Shown here: piece by piece, positions 1 through 13,189 of the stretch
How the letters are laid out: every line of letters begins with the position of its first letter
Numbering within the stretch: position 1 is the stretch's first letter
Notes under the pieces: generated by a model
Databases searched by the model: none
Seen by the model: only the letters and a program-made list of their open reading frames with translations
Told to the model about the DNA's origin: nothing
Source: Octopus sinensis
Taxonomy: Eukaryota
Assembly: GCF_006345805.1 (NCBI RefSeq)
Contig: NC_043002.1
Location: forward strand, 65,286,001 to 65,350,000
Reading direction: 5' to 3'
Length of the DNA: 64,000 nt
Program-made: the position numbers and the translations under genes

Positions 1-20
1 CATGTATATATATCATATGT

Positions 21-74
<54 letters not shown>

Positions 75-124
75 TATGTATACATGTATATATATATATA
101 TATATATACATATATATCATATGT

Positions 125-176
<52 letters not shown>

Positions 177-186
177 ACATATGATA

Positions 187-245
<59 letters not shown>

Positions 246-247
246 TT
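1..247. repeat. (TA)n microsatellite with interspersed CATATGTATACATG units
   Basis: Direct reading; the unit recurs in direct and inverted orientation. Confidence 0.95.
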
Positions 248-248
248 T

Positions 249-1047
249 ATACATTATATAAAAGGGCTTAGTAAAATAAATTACTTTGCCGCATACTGAA
301 CTCATTAGAAATAGCAGCTAAAAAAAAACTTTTTTTTAAACTATTTCTAATACTTAAAGAAAACCTCTCTCATATAGTGCTTGCTCAATTCAACTCACGA
401 AAGTATGGGGGTAGAGACATTAAAAAATCAAATGCAAAGGTTATTTGAGAACGTACGTTTCAAGATTAGTCAAACTCGACACTTCTATCATCAGCTCAGA
501 ACTCCCTGGTTTGGATTTGAAAACACTGAAAGTGGGAGCATACCCTTTCGGCTTCTTATCGCTTCTGAAGATCTGCTCGAAACTAACAGTGCCAGCAAAC
601 TCAAAAAGCAAGCGAAGAATTTCTGCTCTCCCCTTTCCACCAGCGTGGGTTAAAATCAGTAAACACTATGCTTTTTTCGGTAAAATCCGAGGCATTATAT
701 AGAGAGAGATCAATTATAATTTCAACAATTGAGGGTAAAATTAATTAATTAATCAATTTCACCAAGTATTCAGTATGCAAAGGGACCATTTAAGGCGAAT
801 TCAAATTATTACATTATATAAAAGGGCTTAGTAAAATAAATTACTTTGCCGCATACTGAACTCATTAGAAATAGCAGCTAAAAAAAACTTTTTTAAAACT
901 ATTTCTAATACTTAAAGAAAACCTCTCTCATATAGTGCTTGCTCAATTCAACTCACGAAAGTATGGGGGTAGAGACATTAAAAAATCAAATGCAAAGGTT
1001 ATTTGAGAACGTACGTTTCAAGATTAGTCAAACTCGACACTTCTATC
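249..1047 (-). mobile_element. Non-coding ~560-bp tandem repeat (family H1, ~1.4 units) carrying a hammerhead; PLE pLTR/retrozyme-like
   Basis: ACATTATATAAAAGGGCTTAG... at 251 recurs at 811; same family at 54003-55168; HHR on the minus strand. Confidence 0.8.
446..498 (-). ncRNA. Type-I hammerhead ribozyme (family H1)
   Basis: Minus: UGAG-CUGAUGA-[u aga..guc/gac..ucu u]-GAAA-CGUACG-UU-CUCA; palindromic stem III. Confidence 0.8.
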
Positions 1048-1328
1048 GCGGAGGCACATAGCCTAGTGTTAAGAGCAGCGGACGCGCGGTCAAGGGATCG
1101 CGGGTTCGAATCTCAGACTCGGCGATATGTGTGTTTATGAGCGAAACACCTAAGCTCCACGCGGCTCCAGCAGAAGGTAATGGCGTACTTCTGCTGACTC
1201 TTTCGCCAAAACTTGCTCTCATTTTTTCCTCCTGCACCTTGCAGCTCACCTGCAACGGACCGGTGTCCCGTCAAGGTGCGGAACCTATATGCCAAGGCAA
1301 CCGGAAAACCCGCTCTATGAGCCGTCTT
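1048..1328 (+). mobile_element. tRNA-derived SINE, family B
   Basis: A box TAGCCTAGTG, B box GGTTCGAATC, body shared with 46483, 50603 and 57170; (CA)n tail. Confidence 0.85.
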
Positions 1329-1361
<33 letters not shown>

Positions 1362-1440
1362 CCACATATATATATATTATATAATATATATATATATATT
1401 ATATTATATATACATATATATTTATTTATACACTCACACA

Positions 1441-1690
1441 CATGGTGCGGTGAATAAACTCTCGTCCAAATTACATTACAGAAAAAGGAAAATAACACTG
1501 ACAACGCAATACGTAATATTACATAAGAATATCTTGAAGCACTATATAGTAAATTTATGCAACAACATCGCGATCGGCTTCAACCACGGCCTCCAGACAA
1601 CTTCGGGATCTCCTGCAAATTTTCTGGACGGTCTCCATTTTTAAATTCGTGAATGCTGCCATAATCATTCCCTTCACTCATCTTTGGTTT
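1441..1690 (-). mobile_element. Tc1/mariner transposase C-terminal remnant
   Basis: Minus reads MIMAAFTNLKMETVQKICRRSRSCLEAVVEA, resembling Tc1-like C-termini. Confidence 0.6.
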
Positions 1691-1952
1691 TAGAAGTTTT
1701 GTTAGTCTCTCTCAGAACTGTACCCCATACATAATAATCAAGAGGGATGCAGCCTGGGTTGTAAGGTGGCCAGATGTTAGGGGTGATGTGGTCGTAGACT
1801 ATTTGTCTGGTGTAACAGCAGAAACGTTAACATTTCAGACAGAATAACATGTGTTATTAAATTAGGGTTTCTTAACTACTAAGTTAAAACCAAGGCAATT
1901 TTCCTCCTATATCCTTTGTATGTAGCTAATGTAAAGTAGTTAATATAAAGAG

Positions 1953-2150
1953 AGATGCATGGCCTAATGCTTTCCGGTGTTGCACTCATGATCTCAATAT
2001 TGTGATTTTGATTCCCGGGCCGAGTGCTATATTGTCTTCTTGAGCAAAACACTTCATTTCGCCTTGCTCCAGTTCACTCAGCTGTAAATCAAGTTCCAGT
2101 AATAGCTGCGATGTAAACCAATCGATGGTCCGGTGTCCCGTTCAGATGGG
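1953..2150 (+). mobile_element. Degenerate tRNA-head SINE with CORE-like segment
   Basis: TGGCCTAATG...TCTTGAGCAAAACACTTCATTTCGCCTTGCTCCAG. Confidence 0.6.
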
Positions 2151-3126
2151 AAGAATGTTGTGATCTCATTCACTTATTCCACAGGAATTCCCTCCAGGAA
2201 TATTTTTATGTTTCTTTCTGATCCTTTATAAATCACTTTTGCCTATTATCCCTCACCAATTAAGCAAAATCCAAACTAAACATGCAATATAGGAGTAATT
2301 AAGTCCACGGTTTCTCCAAAGACAAATGTCTGAAATAGATTTCATTATATGTTAATAACACGATAATTAGTTACTTTTTTTAAAAATAGATATCAATAAC
2401 TACCGCTAACACAACAGAAGCATCAACATTTCAGAGAAAATGAGGGTGTTGAAATTCAGGCCTCTGATATTCACAGTTAAAATCTCGTCAAATTTACCCA
2501 TTTTTCTTTGAGTTTAGTTATTATAAAGTGTAGGAATGAGTTAAAATATATTCTAACCCGCCATTATTATGAGTAAACTGCATTATTTTATTAATGATAG
2601 TAAGTATTATTCAATGTGTGCAGAAGGATAAATTCACAGAATCGTTAGAGCATAGGGAAAAAAATTACTTTTGAAGTATCTTTTAAGTTTTGAATTCTAA
2701 TGGTTTCTCAATCAACTTCACCTTTCATCTCTTAACGATGGATGGAAATGCAAGCAAACCAAGTAATGCAGGAGTAATTAAATCCAAAGATCCTCCATGG
2801 ACCGGTGTCTGCGTTAGAAGCCATTATATGTTTATGACACTTCAATTAATTAAAATTTTAAAAAAAACATCAATTATCGGCATTTCAGTCATATTAATAA
2901 GTTAATAAAATTAAAATAGATCCCATGTGCAAAATATATTTTCTATTTTTTTAAAGAGAATTATAATCATTAGCACTTGAATATTCTGTTAATATTTCGT
3001 TATTACTTTTTTTTCCCCTTGCGCTTTTCATGTATGTTTCATACAGACATAAATAAACGTTATAAGCTACCGGAGCATGACCACGTGTTCCTGATCATAT
3101 TTTAAAGGAGGTTTAAATAAAATGGT

Positions 3127-3170
<44 letters not shown>

Positions 3171-3171
<1 letters not shown>

Positions 3172-3326
3172 GGCACATGTGGTAAGAAGATTGCTTCCCA
3201 ACCACATGGTTCCATGTTCAGTCCCACTGCATGGCATCTTGGTCAAGTGTCTTCTACTATAAGCTCAGGCCGACCAAAGCCTCGTGAGTGGATGTAGTAG
3301 GCAGAAACTGAAAAAAGCCCGTCGTA
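3171..3326 (+). mobile_element. SINE family A, 5' part
   Basis: Matches the head of 31478-31877. Confidence 0.85.
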
Positions 3327-3350
3327 TATATATCTATGTATATATATATA

Positions 3351-3955
3351 ATTCAAAATGGGACAAAAAAATCCATTTCGAGTTTTGGAAATTCCTTGAT
3401 ACAGTTATATTATCTGGAGAGAAAATTTTTTCTCAGAGTTAAGATTGATGAAAGAACCTTTTTAGAAAGTCGAAAGACACTAACCTTTGGGAAGAGATTT
3501 CACAAAATGTGTGTAGGCTTTGCTTTTATAAATGTGCAAGCGCTTTCAGTTTTTAACGTTTTCAAGCACGTGTTATTATATTTATAGTGAAAGTTGTTTC
3601 CTGTAAGATTGTTGTTAACTATTTCCGGTTTAGTTTTCGGACTCAGAAGTCGTATGAAATATTCTTCTTTTGCCTTCCGGAGGACGCCGTTCTCTTCATT
3701 TATTTCATGAAAAGAGAAAATTTCCTTAGGCACACGACTCCAAATGATTGCTACATGGTGGATCAAAATCACAGAATATAACAGAGTCTTTCCTCACCAA
3801 CTTAAAAGCGATAGTGCATCCCAGCTGTTACTTTTGTTCTTTGAACTGATCATCAACTGCAACCGCGTGAATCAGGAGTGCATCCTAGTTACACTCGAAC
3901 GCTTTGCAGATTTTACTACACTGCTGACACATACCGTCGTTATCACACCCGAGAT
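3351..3955 (-). mobile_element. Penelope-like element 3' remnant (GIY-YIG C-terminus plus pLTR) between (TA)n runs
   Basis: EENGVLRKAKEEYFIRLLSP resembles a PLE endonuclease C-terminus; tail repeated at 25468-25580. Confidence 0.55.
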
Positions 3956-4020
<65 letters not shown>

Positions 4021-4147
4021 CCATGAATGTATATATGTATATATGTATGCATGTATGTACGTACGTATGTGTGTATAGATGCATGCATGTATATGTATAC
4101 ATTACTTCATGTTTGTATGTACGCACGTACGTATGTTTGTATATATG

Positions 4148-4198
<51 letters not shown>

Positions 4199-4436
4199 AT
4201 ATATGTATGTATGTATATTTGTATGTATGTATATATGTATGCATGAATATATGAATGTATGTATGCATGTATGTATGTACGTACGTCTGTATATATGCAT
4301 GTGTTTATGTGTACATGAATGCATGCTTATATGTAGGTAGTGACGTATGTATGTATATATATTTGTGTGTATATGTATGTACGTATGTATGTATGTATGT
4401 ATGTATGTATGTATGTATGTATATATGTATGTATGT
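3956..4436. repeat. (TA)n/(TATG)n compound microsatellite
   Basis: Direct reading. Confidence 0.95.
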
Positions 4437-4526
4437 AGGGAGAGTTTACGAAAAAACAACAGACGAAGACAGGTGGTGTACAAAACAAACAGATGTATTA
4501 GTATAACGCTCAGGAATAGAACAAGT

Positions 4527-4562
4527 CTTTTACGTTTCGAGCCTACGCTCTTCTACAGAAAG
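4527..4562 (-). ncRNA. Minimal hammerhead motif with CUGUAGA core variant
   Basis: Minus: CUUU-CUGUAGA-A-GAGC gUAg GCUC-GAAA-CG-UA-AAAG. Confidence 0.6.
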
Positions 4563-6410
4563 GGACACAGAAAAAACAAGGAGAGAAACAAGGAGAGAAA
4601 ATAGGAAAGAGAAAAGGAGAGAAAAAAGGAGAGAAAAAATGAAAAAAATGTGTGTTTTATGGCTAACGATCTATCATGGTGACATATATGTTTGTATATA
4701 TGTGTTCATGTATATATGAATACATGAATGCATGTATGTACGCACGCACATATGTATGTATACATACATGTATGTATGTATATATATATGTATGTATTAC
4801 GACATGCCCCTATACAGTTTCTGCCTTCCAAATTTATGTAACAAGCTATCGGTCGAATCGAAGCCGTAGGAGAAGACAGTTGTCTGAATTACAACCATGT
4901 GGTTGTATCTAGTTCGTTGTAGATAGGCGTATGTATTCGCTTGTGAGTGTGTCTGCGTGCCTGTGTGTGCGTGCGTGTGAGTGTGCGTCTGCGCAGGTTC
5001 ACGCGCGTGTGTGAAAGAGAATCAGAGACACAGTCAGGGACTGAGACAGAGACAGAGAGATCGTGTGTGTGTTTGTTTGTTTGTATGCGAACATGTATAT
5101 GGTTGAAAGGATTTATTCATACACAGAAACGCTGACCTAGATATTTGACTCCCTAACACCCATTCTTTTCTTTGTAATATAGAGGTCAGAGTATATAAGT
5201 TGGCTGTCCCTGCGAATGTTATCTGTCATTATAGTGTTTTACGCAAGCTTTCGTTCTTGGACTCTTACTAGCCATGGCTATCTCGAATCGATGTAGCTGA
5301 ATAAATAGTTGACAGTCGTTTTAGTGGTTCCTTGATGAAAACTACTGCCAGCAAATTCGATGCATTTGTAATGCTGGAGTTATCATTTTCGAGATAGAGG
5401 GAGCAGAGTGTGCAGTAACCAATGAATTTTCGTGAGCTTCACAATCGGAAGGAATAAAAATATTATTCGATAGAAATTTTGAATTTCGTAAGTGAGAACT
5501 TAACGATCACAGTAAAAATGTTTACCAGAAGTATATTCCAAAAGTTTGCAAGTCTAAGACATAGGGTTTTGAAAATATTTGCAAGGATGTCGTAGCGAAA
5601 TAAATATGGAGCAGTGAGGTTGATGACATATTTATAAATGCTATGAATGTAGCTGAGCTAGATGATTGCATGTCATTATAGCACTAATAGAAGAAGCAGA
5701 CACTGAAACATGTAGCCTATTGATGAGTGAAACTGGGTTCAAGTTGGACCACTCAAAATATAGCAGAAGTGCCCCATCGTGAATTTTATTCGGAGTTAGG
5801 GGAATGATACTAAGCAATATTTTGCAATAGATTCAAAAAATTGATTTAAGCTTAGTATTGTCCAATTATGAAGAAAAGAGAGGATGAAACCAATAAACTG
5901 TGCACAGTCTATCTACTGTATGTGAAAAGCCTCTCCGAAAAGATACAAAAGATATGCAACCCATATGACAGGACAGTATTCAAGAGTAATACGACACTTC
6001 GCAAATATCTCCTTCGAGTAAAACTACCAATAGAATAGAATATAACAAAAAACTGTGTGTACTCCATCCCATGCAGCTGTGATAGGTTGTACAAAAGAGA
6101 AACATGCCTCAAAATAATGGTAAAAGGACATCGCAAAGCTGTGACACGGAGAGACATTGATAAATCGGGTATAGCTGATCCTGTATCGAAAAACGAAGAC
6201 CACCTCCCCCTGTGGGATGAAGTTAAAATAATATACAGAGAACACCACGGGAAAATACGAAAACTGAAAGAAGCAGCACATGTTAGGTCGCAACAACCAC
6301 CTAAGCAGACCGAGTGCAGATATGAACAGTATATGGGAGCCGGCATTAAGGAAGAATGGGAAAATATTAGATTCATAAGCCCTAAATTTCACTCCATAAT
6401 TGTCTACGAA

Positions 6411-6479
6411 CATATGACGTAGTGGCTAAGAGCGTGGGCTACCAACCCGAAAATTCCGAGTTCGATTCCAGGCAGTGAA

Positions 6480-6483
<4 letters not shown>
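6411..6483 (+). promoter_or_regulatory. tRNA-like Pol III A/B-box cassette inside the PLE 3' region
   Basis: A-box-like TGACGTAGTGG (6415-6425), B box GAGTTCGATTCC (6458-6469). Confidence 0.65.
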
Positions 6484-6519
<36 letters not shown>

Positions 6520-6566
6520 TCAAAAAATACCTTAGGAATGAGAACCTAGATTCGAAATTTCCCCAA

Positions 6567-6612
6567 GACACCTGGTGAAGGTTGGAGGGTATATCAGTCG
6601 AAACGTTGTGTT
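6567..6612 (+). ncRNA. Minimal hammerhead motif (A6G in this copy)
   Basis: GACAC-CUGGUGA-A-[gguugg..ucaguc]-GAAA-CG-UU-GUGUU. Confidence 0.6.
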
Positions 6613-7023
6613 GACAACAAAGATGAGGACAAATATCCGTCAAATGTAAATAATGTACATAATTCCTCATCTCTTAAATATAGAACTGTAAATCCTCTCC
6701 AACTTCGAAAAGAATAATCTCACACTTGATCGAATAGATTTATGTAGGCTTTGCCTCACAGGGAAAAACTGGATCCTTCAAATAAATGATCTTCAAATAA
6801 CTGATCTTTCTGCGTAGACACCATTGGTGGAATGTACATATTCAGCCGTCATTTTTCAATTGTCACTTGCTTAGTTTTAAAAATTAATGCTGTCATTGTT
6901 GCCCCTACAATGACTGCTACTGTGTTTTAGCATCGTAGTTTGTGTTGCTAATGATGATGCTAATAATGTTGTTACTTCTTCTTATTCTTATTCTTCTCAT
7001 TATTATTATAATAATTATTATTA

Positions 7024-7061
<38 letters not shown>

Positions 7062-7391
7062 CTATGTTTGACTTTTGCTTTACATTTGCAGAAGCTGGCT
7101 CCAAGTCTGACCCGGAAACCTCAAAAGACAACAAGTTGGAAGTTCGTGTTGGTGTTATGCCTAGCGCGCCATATAATTTGGTTTTGTACTTAGTGTTGTA
7201 CTAGTGAATGCCTAAAATAACATACGAAAATCATGTTTGTTTTAAAACTTGAGATTACATAGAAAGTATTTTGCGTAGGATATAAGCAGTTCCCATGAGC
7301 ACTATCTTTTGAATTTCTGCCATTTTTGGATTTCCTGGTATCTGAGTTAGGTAGCAATCAGCCCCTTATGCTGTCATTCCCAGGGCACCTG
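7062..7391 (-). mobile_element. RLE-type non-LTR retrotransposon 3' end (R4/Dong-like) ending on (TAA)n
   Basis: Minus: GALGMTA*GADCYLTQIPGNPKMAEIQKIVLMGTAYILRKILSM*; 3' end abuts (ATT)n at 7000-7060. Confidence 0.7.
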
Positions 7392-7439
7392 GGATTTTTT
7401 TATGTTTATGTTTTCCAGTTTCAGCTCTTGAGCTGTGGC

Positions 7440-7492
<53 letters not shown>

Positions 7493-8071
7493 TATTATTA
7501 TTATTATTATTATTCCAATCAGCACTCACGCCATTAGCCACAAAGAATAATCTCTACTTCGAGCCACCACACGCGATAGACTGGCGGTTGCACGGGTGCG
7601 AAAGCTACGATGTTATCCTCATTCTATAAACGGTGACTTTTAACGGGTGGAGAACTGAACCATCCTGGGGTACAGAGTATTCGCAATCTAGACTAGGGTC
7701 TGAAAGTTTAACATACCGTAGTGGGTTACACCAAGGTTCCTCTGCTTTGTGGCAGAAGTAGGAAGAGTGAGAGAAAGTTGTGGTGAGGATTCACCCACCC
7801 ACCCCCGCCGGAGCCTCGTTGAGCTGCTGCTACTGTTACTGATTATGAGCAAAGTTTAGCCCTGAAAAGGATCTGTCATGAAAGAGGTCCCGCCCAATTT
7901 GTCTTTATTATGGTAAACCAGTTGACTAGGATATGGCGAACGATTGGTATTACAAAAGTTGTATAGGATTGTTTTGTTTTGGGAGATGTTTGAAAACTTT
8001 CACTCGAGAGATTACCTAAAGAAAAAAAATTATTCTCATTAGCATAGCGACCACACTGATTAAATCATCAC

Positions 8072-8104
<33 letters not shown>

Positions 8105-8571
8105 TAATGACCAACATTTATTTCTCGTTCTTTATGACTTAATCATCAATATATTTTCACTCCTCCTCCTACTCCTCCTCTTCATCATCATCATCATCAC
8201 AATTAACTTCAACATCGTCATCATCATCATCATCATCATCATCACCACGGCCATCATCAACATCACCACCACCACGTGGGCAAATTCCTTGTCATTCCTA
8301 TCTGTTTACAGATATTGTTTAAACACGGTCAAACATTTATTCTGAAGGAAGCCGAACTAATATAGTTGCTACAAGCCATATTCTGACATTTCCATATAGA
8401 ATAACAGGGAAGCACCAGAAAAATTATTATACGCAAATATGTGTATAACACACGCACATACACGCACGAACGCACGAAGACAACAGACACATGCACACAC
8501 ACATGCACACACACAAATACACACACACACCACACTCACGCAAGCACGCATGCACGCAGACAAACAGAAAT

Positions 8572-8602
<31 letters not shown>

Positions 8603-8650
8603 CACACATACATAAATATGTATATAATTTGACACTGAATTATTGGAAGT

Positions 8651-8693
8651 CCACCTGAAGATTGTCGATCAAGACAAGAAACGATTGTAGTGG
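8651..8693 (+). ncRNA. Type-I hammerhead ribozyme, canonical core
   Basis: CCAC-CUGAAGA-UUGUC gaucaa GACAA-GAAA-CGAUUG-UA-GUGG. Confidence 0.85.
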
Positions 8694-8780
8694 CGGTTTT
8701 TTTGACTATTTATTAAAATTTTATGTATTGATTAAGTCTTTCCTTGTTTGTTTTGCAAAATAGTGGTTTTGTCTCTAATA

Positions 8781-8812
<32 letters not shown>

Positions 8813-8851
8813 ACGGGAAGCTTTATGAAAATAGACAAAAGATGAAGGCAA

Positions 8852-8887
<36 letters not shown>

Positions 8888-8957
8888 GATACACACAAAC
8901 ACACATATAAGTGTATATGCATACAGACAGATATATATATATATACACACACATACG

Positions 8958-8993
<36 letters not shown>

Positions 8994-9274
8994 ATATATA
9001 CACGTACATGCATGTATGTATGCGTGTGAATATATGTCTTTGCGATTATATTTGTTTCACATACACACCCACACGGACATATATATTGCCACAAGTATAA
9101 TTGTGTATAGGGGGAGGAAGAATACATGACTGTATGGCGGAGTGTGGTGGTGGGTGGGTGTTCCTTTATAAATAATCCATATGTTTAACATTAACTATTA
9201 ATATATACATTTCGATATATTGCAATTACATATATCATTTATATGTTAAAGAAAATAATATGATGTGTATAGTC

Positions 9275-9280
9275 AGATAC

Positions 9281-9364
<84 letters not shown>

Positions 9365-9488
9365 ATAGACACACAGACAGACTGACAAACAAATAGGTAG
9401 ATAAATAGATAGATATACACGTATATTAAATGCATTTCCGCCTTTGAATATCTTTGTATATATATATATATATATTATATATATATAT

Positions 9489-9522
<34 letters not shown>

Positions 9523-9556
9523 ATATAATATTATATATATATAGATATATATATAT

Positions 9557-9594
<38 letters not shown>

Positions 9595-9744
9595 TATATA
9601 CATATATATATATATATTATATATATATATATACGTATATATAATATATATATACATACGTATATATATATATATACATACGTATATATATATACATACG
9701 TATATATATATTATATACATACGTATATATATATATATACATAC

Positions 9745-9781
<37 letters not shown>

Positions 9782-10063
9782 TACGTATATATATATATAC
9801 ATACGTATATATATATACATACGTATATATATATTATATATATATAATATATACATACGTAATATATATATATATACACATACGTATATATATTATATAC
9901 ATATATGTATATATATATATATATAGTATATATATATGTATATATATATATATATATATACGTATATATATATTATATATATATATATTATATATATATA
10001 TTATTGGCACTAATAATGTATATATATGCTTTGTATGTATATATTAAGGTAATTATACATGTG

Positions 10064-10139
<76 letters not shown>

Positions 10140-10172
10140 ATACATATACATATATATATATATATATATATC
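9275..10172. repeat. (GATA)n followed by long (TA)n/(CATACGTATA)n array
   Basis: Direct reading. Confidence 0.95.
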
Positions 10173-10629
10173 AATCTTTTACCATAATAGCAATATCTAT
10201 ATTCCCGTTATTATCTTTTCCTGTTTAATGATGCATAAGCATGCAAACAAACAAAATATTCGAACATTTCCACTCGTTATGCAGATCTGTCTCTTTCTCT
10301 TTCTCTTTCCCTGTCTCTTTCTCCACACACACACACGCACATGCCTACATCTATCTGTGTATGTATGTATGTATTTATTTATATGCGTTTGTGTCTGTGC
10401 GTGTGTTTTTTTTTTTTTTGTGCATGTTAGTGAGTATGTGAATATCGTTTTCATCTTAATAAATTCATGCTTTCATTTAAACAAATTCGTTGATGCACAT
10501 TTCGCATCCCCTACCTTCGCCTCCGGCGCTTCATATTTTTTTTACAAACACGCGTAAGCACCCACATGCATATTTACACATAAATACACACATATATATG
10601 CATACATATATCCAAACATATACGCACAT

Positions 10630-10680
<51 letters not shown>

Positions 10681-10889
10681 TATATATGTTTATAAATCGA
10701 GATACATGTAAATATATATTGTTTATATATTGTCGTTATGTTGCCAGCCTTGTAGATGTTGACGTTGTTGTTGTTGGTGTTATTGCCTTTCTATGTACTT
10801 ACATGTTACATAATAATGTTGACAAAGACTCTGGAAATAATGGTATGTCATATTAAAACTTTTCAATGAATAAATACGTGGCGCTTAAG

Positions 10890-11140
10890 TTGATGGCGAC
10901 GACGATGATGATGACGATGAGGATGACGATGATGATGATGATGATGATAATGATGATGATGATGATGAGTAGGAGGAGGATAAGGATGATGATGATGATG
11001 ATGATGATAGTGGTGGTGACGATGATGGTGATGGTGGTTGTGGTGATGATGATGATGATGATAGTAATGAAGGTGATGATGATGGTGATGATGATGATAG
11101 TGGTGTTGATAGTGATGATGATGATGATGTTGTTGATGAG
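10890..11140. repeat. (GAT)n/(GGT)n microsatellite
   Basis: Direct reading; source of spurious poly-His/Met ORFs. Confidence 0.95.
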
Positions 11141-11340
11141 TTAGGAACATGTTCTGCACAACTATATATATCATCCCTATCGTCGTTATCACTTCCCTCT
11201 TCCTGCTGATTCCCATCACTCTTCCTTCCTCCTCCTCATCAGCCGACCACGTGATCAACCAGAATCACGAAGAGGATTTTCCTTGAAATGTTGAATATAT
11301 AATATATATATATATATATATTATATAATATATATATATA

Positions 11341-11497
11341 TGCTCTTCTACTCTAGGCACAAGGGACGAAAATTTGGGGGAAAGGCCTGTCGATTACATC
11401 GACCCCTGTACGTACCTGGTACTTAATTTATGGACCGCGAAAGGAAAAACCGCCAGGCATTTCGTCCGCGTGCTAACGTTTCTGCCAGCTTGCCGCC
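11341..11497 (-). mobile_element. SINE family C
   Basis: Minus head GGCGGCAAGCTGGCAGAAACGTTAGCACG; related copies at 17697, 30370, 44213 and 59480. Confidence 0.75.
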
Positions 11498-11530
11498 TTG
11501 TATGTATGTATACATACATATATATATAAT

Positions 11531-11569
<39 letters not shown>

Positions 11570-11661
11570 GATATATATATATTAATATATATATATATAT
11601 ATAATATATATATATATATGGTGTGTGGGTGTTTTGTGTATAAATATGTGTATGTATATAT

Positions 11662-12747
11662 ATGTATAGGGATGACGCTTTATTAATTACTAAAAGTATA
11701 AATAAATCCTTATTAGAAAAAACCAGAAACGACCTACATAAATTCTTTTCTAACTTAAACATATTTATCACATTCGAAAACGCCCACAAAACTCCTAACT
11801 TTTGGGACGCAACCCTAAGCTTATCAACATCCCTATATTCCCCTTACCACAAAACTAACCAGTACCTTAAATACCTTAACATCCATTCCAATCACCATAA
11901 ATCCACTTTTAGTAATATAATCAAAGGAATCTCAACCCGCATATCTGACCTCTCTTCCACTGAAGAAATCTTCAATAACCATGCACCATATTATAATCAA
12001 GCACTCGCTGCTAGCGGCTTCTCCCAACAAATAGAATACATCCAGAGCACCAGGCTCAAACAACACATATCTCAAATCACATCTCAAACATGCAACAATC
12101 ACCACACCTGCAACCAAACACATACAGTCGATCGGACCATGGAAACCATTGCAACCAGACAATATAGACCCCACACACATTCATTTAAAAATAGGTCAAA
12201 TACTAAAACAAATAAAACAACTAACAATATCAGGACTTGCTTATCACACACCCTACACAATAAGTTAAATAACGCTCATTTATCTAACAATTTAGATAGC
12301 TCCATCCACAGAACCCCTAAAAAAAGTGGCGGTCGCTCTATTTTATGGTACACACCACCATTCTCACTTAACGTTAAGAACCTAGCTAAATCCTTCTTTA
12401 GAATACTTGACCCTAACTTCCCTCGACATCATAAATATCACTCTATCTTTAATAGATCCACCTTGAAACTATCTTATTCAAACTCACCTAACTTTGAATC
12501 TATTGTAGTAGCCTCGAATAAGCAAAAGCTCTCTCTTTGCTATCAAAACTCACATAACAACAACTCTACTAATAAAAATAATCAACCCACATACATATCT
12601 AGCATAGATACTATCGCACCTGGTAATAACCGCAACCCAACCTATTCTACCGACAATGCCCAGAATAGCAGCACAATCTCTAATGCCCTGACAAATAGAA
12701 GAAGTAACAGTAACAATAGTAGTAATGGCGGTGGTAGTAACGATAAC

Positions 12748-12808
<61 letters not shown>

Positions 12809-13021
12809 TAGAAATGTTCACCCCTTCTATAACCTCTCTTCTGATGATACAACCTCCTCACTTACCGAACACGATCCTCAAAATTCACCTAATTGTAATT
12901 GCTGTCCTGGAACAACCTGTCCGCTACAAACCCATTGCAGAAGATATAATGTAATTTACAAATGCATGGTCCATAACCAATTACGCAACTCTACAGCCAT
13001 ATATATATAGGATCAACAAAA
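11662..13021 (+). pseudogene. Penelope-like (Neptune-type) ORF fragment: RT C-terminus/thumb, linker, Cys motif and start of GIY-YIG; one frameshift
   Basis: YRDD; ILWYTPPFS..HSIFNRSTLKLSYS; after (AAT)n an alternate frame gives NCNCCPGTTCPLQTHCRRYNVIYKC..AIYIGST; cut by the N gap. Confidence 0.85.
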
Positions 13022-13121
13022 NNNNNNNNNNNNNNNNNNNNNNNNNNNNNNNNNNNNNNNNNNNNNNNNNNNNNNNNNNNNNNNNNNNNNNNNNNNNNNN
13101 NNNNNNNNNNNNNNNNNNNNN
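13022..13121. other. Assembly gap (100 N)
   Basis: Run of N. Confidence 1.
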
Positions 13122-13138
13122 CTATATATACATATATC

Positions 13139-13189
<51 letters not shown>

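Larger units (their letters stand above)
5880..6690 (+). mobile_element. Penelope-like element remnant: linker, GIY-YIG endonuclease and pLTR
   Basis: YVKSLSEKIQKIC..TVFKSNTTLRKYL..NCVYSIPCSC..HRKAV..KSGIAD..IRKLKEA; degenerate. Confidence 0.8.

Noticed and set aside
572-600. Plus-strand CTGAAGA..GAAA inside H1
   Set aside because: No stem II pairing, and absent from the 54-kb copies
3437-3490. TTGATGA..GAAA in the PLE tail
   Set aside because: No coherent stems; not conserved in the copy at 25490
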